64,000 nucleotides of DNA, taken from NCBI GenBank assembly GCA_963848325.1, contig CAWKDJ010000010.1, positions 24,689 through 88,688 of the forward strand. Reading direction: 5' to 3'. Shown here piece by piece: positions 62,113 to 64,000 of this stretch (positions are counted from its first letter, which is position 1; every line of letters starts with the position of its first letter). Position numbers and translations under genes: made by a program. Under the pieces are notes generated by a model. The model had not been told where the DNA came from. It worked only from the letters and a program-made list of their open reading frames with translations, and did not search any database. Source of the stretch: an uncultured Acidobacteriaceae bacterium (GTDB taxonomy: Bacteria > Acidobacteriota > Terriglobia > Terriglobales > Acidobacteriaceae).

Positions 62113-63507
62113 TCACTCCGGAGGTTCGTCCTTATCGGCCTCGGCGCTGCCATATTCCTTCAACTTATTATGAAGCGTCTTCAGGCTAATCCCGAGGATT
62201 TCCGCCGCCCGTGTCTTATTATTGTTGGTCGATTCCAGCGTCTTCAAAATCAGCAACTTCTCGGCTTCGCGAACGGTTGTACCCACGCCCAGGTGAACGG
62301 CATCCGGATCCTGCGCTGAGCTTCGCGCCGAGGAACGTCCGAAATCCGGCGGCAAATGCTTCGTCTCAATCACTCCGCCGTCACATACAATGACCGCCCG
62401 CTCCAGCGTGTTGCGCAATTCCCTCACATTTCCCGGCCAGGAGTAACCTTGAAACACATTCGCAACCGCCTCGCTGACCGCCGCAATTTTGCGGCCGTGT
62501 TTGGCGTTCATATCTTTGAGCAGCAACTCCACCAGCGCGGGAATATCGTCTTTATGCTCGCGCAAGGGCGGCATTTGGATATTGAATACATTCAACCGGT
62601 AGTAAAGATCGTTTCGTAGCTCACCGCGCGCCACCGCCTCTTCCGGCACTTTATTCGTGGCTGCCAGGACTCGCACATCCACGGTGGTTTCGACTTTGCT
62701 TCCCAGTCGCCGTAGCTTGCGGTCTTCCAGCACGCGCAATAGCTTCGCCTGGGTCGCGACCGGCATTTCGCCGATTTCGTCGAGCAGCAGCGTCCCGCCC
62801 TCCGCCAATTCGAAGCAGCCCGTACGGCGTTCGAGAGCGCCGGTGAAAGCTCCCTTTTCGTGGCCAAAAATTTCGCTCTCAATCAATGTCTCCGGGATGG
62901 CGGCGCAATTGATCGGAACGAAAGGCTTGTTGCGCCGCGGACTGAGTTCATGGATGGTGCGCGCCACTAACTCTTTCCCCGTCCCGCTGGCGCCGGTGAT
63001 TAAGACTGAAGCCGTGCTGGGCGCGACCAGTTCGGTGAGGCGAAAAATCTCCTGCATTTTGGCCGAGCTTCCCACCAAACTCCCCAGCGACCCCCCGTCC
63101 CGCAGCTTGCGGCGCATCACCTCTTTGTCGACTTTGTCGTGGTGGCGCTCCGTAGCATTTTGCAAAATCGTGCGCAGCCGGTCGGTATCGATCGGTTTTG
63201 TAATGTAATCGTAGGCACCGATGCGCATAGCTTCTACCGCGCTGTCGATCGTTCCTTGCGCGGTGACTACGATCACGGCGAGGGTCCCGCTGTCACCCGC
63301 GATCTTTTTCAGCAGTTCCATTCCATCCATGCGCGGCATTTTTAAGTCGGTCACTACCACAGAGGGCGACCAACCCGTCACTTTTTCGTAGCCCTCGACG
63401 CCGTCGCGAGCGGTTTCGGCGCGATACCCCCAAGAGGAAATGATTTCGGCCAAACCCGTACGCGCGTTCTCTTCGTCTTCTACGATAAGTATTTTTTCCT
63501 GGCTCAT
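62113..63507 (-). CDS. sigma-54-dependent response regulator (NtrC/AtoC family)
   Basis: REC 'ILIVEDEENARTGL', AAA+ 'GASGTGKE', 'ESEIFGHEKGAFTGA', C-terminal Fis-type HTH. Confidence 0.85.
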   Translation of the reverse strand: MSQEKILIVEDEENARTGLAEIISSWGYRAETARDGVEGYEKVTGWSPSVVVTDLKMPRMDGMELLKKIAGDSGTLAVIVVTAQGTIDSAVEAMRIGAYDYITKPIDTDRLRTILQNATERHHDKVDKEVMRRKLRDGGSLGSLVGSSAKMQEIFRLTELVAPSTASVLITGASGTGKELVARTIHELSPRRNKPFVPINCAAIPETLIESEIFGHEKGAFTGALERRTGCFELAEGGTLLLDEIGEMPVATQAKLLRVLEDRKLRRLGSKVETTVDVRVLAATNKVPEEAVARGELRNDLYYRLNVFNIQMPPLREHKDDIPALVELLLKDMNAKHGRKIAAVSEAVANVFQGYSWPGNVRELRNTLERAVIVCDGGVIETKHLPPDFGRSSARSSAQDPDAVHLGVGTTVREAEKLLILKTLESTNNNKTRAAEILGISLKTLHNKLKEYGSAEADKDEPPE

Positions 63508-63782
63508 GCCCTCGCTCAGTAATTCAGGTTCGGCATTGCATCGCCGCGCGCAAAAAACAGTGTACCTTGCCGGTCAGGGTCGAGGCGGAGTGTCAATCTG
63601 AGACTGCCGGTTAGCGAAAACTGGACGGAATTGTGTCGTGCCGAGTATCATGTTCTACGCCGCTATCATCAAAAGCCGACCTGCAGTTTTTCAGCAGGGT
63701 TTGTAGAGGTTTTTCCATGCCATGGGTTCCCAGTCTGTAAAACGCGCATGGACATTTTAGCTGACAAGCTGTTTGGAGGAGA

Positions 63783-64000
63783 CATGCCAGGTTACTGGAA
63801 GAAAAGTATTGGGCGTGTGCTTACGCCTAGTTGCTTGCTCATTTTGACTGTGCTTGTGCTCTCTGCAGGCGTCTTCGCCCAGGACGAAGAGACTCCCAAG
63901 TACGAAATCTTTGCCGGATATCAGTGGCTGCACCCCGGCGCGACCATCCCCGCCCCGGGCAGCAATCCCAACGCTCCCACACCTTTCACTCTTCGAGATA
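63783..64000 (+). CDS. partial: secreted/outer-membrane protein (5' end only)
   Basis: GGAGGAG Shine-Dalgarno. Signal peptide 'LLILTVLVLSAGVFAQ'. 'YEIFAGYQW' is suggestive of an OMP beta-barrel N-terminus. Confidence 0.45.

Noticed and set aside
60212-63507. Calling the HK/RR pair PrsK/PrsR (PEP-CTERM system regulators)
   Set aside because: The kinase has only two TM helices and a periplasmic sensor, not the multi-TM PrsK architecture I recall. This needs HMM confirmation.
1-64000. CRISPR arrays, rRNA/tRNA genes
   Set aside because: No regularly spaced direct repeats and no rRNA- or tRNA-like sequences were seen in any intergenic region.

Overview
High-GC chromosomal window with Acidobacteria-like gene content, for example the 'vWFA-related Acidobacterial' VWA paralogs. 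Roughly 50 genes are supported.

Housekeeping and metabolism: a cysK-like gene paired with a cystathionine gamma-synthase/lyase-like gene; trpE; a conserved cdaA-cdaR-glmM operon; a glgX-treZ-treY trehalose-from-glycogen operon; a tricorn-like protease; two NtrC-type sigma-54 two-component systems, one fronted by a family-5 solute-binding protein.

Repeat-protein array: a tandem array of three secreted beta-propeller-repeat ('GloVer'-like) proteins with C-terminal IPT/TIG-like domains; the first copy is decayed.

Polysaccharide cluster (46-58.5 kb): Wza, a Wzz/PCP, a degenerate BY-kinase, an initiating sugar transferase, a Wzy-like ligase/polymerase, a Wzx-like flippase, three GT4 glycosyltransferases and a GT39. 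A PEP-CTERM-like protein and a second sigma-54 two-component system lie next to it.

Most notable feature: a ~3.2 kb low-GC insertion (2424-5663) between the cysK-like promoter and the 3' end of a VWA gene, bounded by 28-bp imperfect inverted repeats. It carries a three-gene operon (membrane/coiled-coil protein -> ImmA/IrrE-family HExxH metallopeptidase -> ~340-aa phage-like protein) and a small Cys-rich ORF. The operon has been split by an IS1-family insertion with a 9-bp direct duplication, ATACTTGCA. I regard this island as the best candidate for an undescribed accessory module (defence or prophage-regulatory).

Caution: about 20 genes are interrupted by single-base frameshifts, several clearly extra bases in homopolymers (GGGG in cdaA, CCC in ybjQ, AAA in a GT4, AA in GloVer-1). 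The sequence most likely carries indel errors, so most 'pseudogenes' here should be treated as artefacts until re-sequenced.
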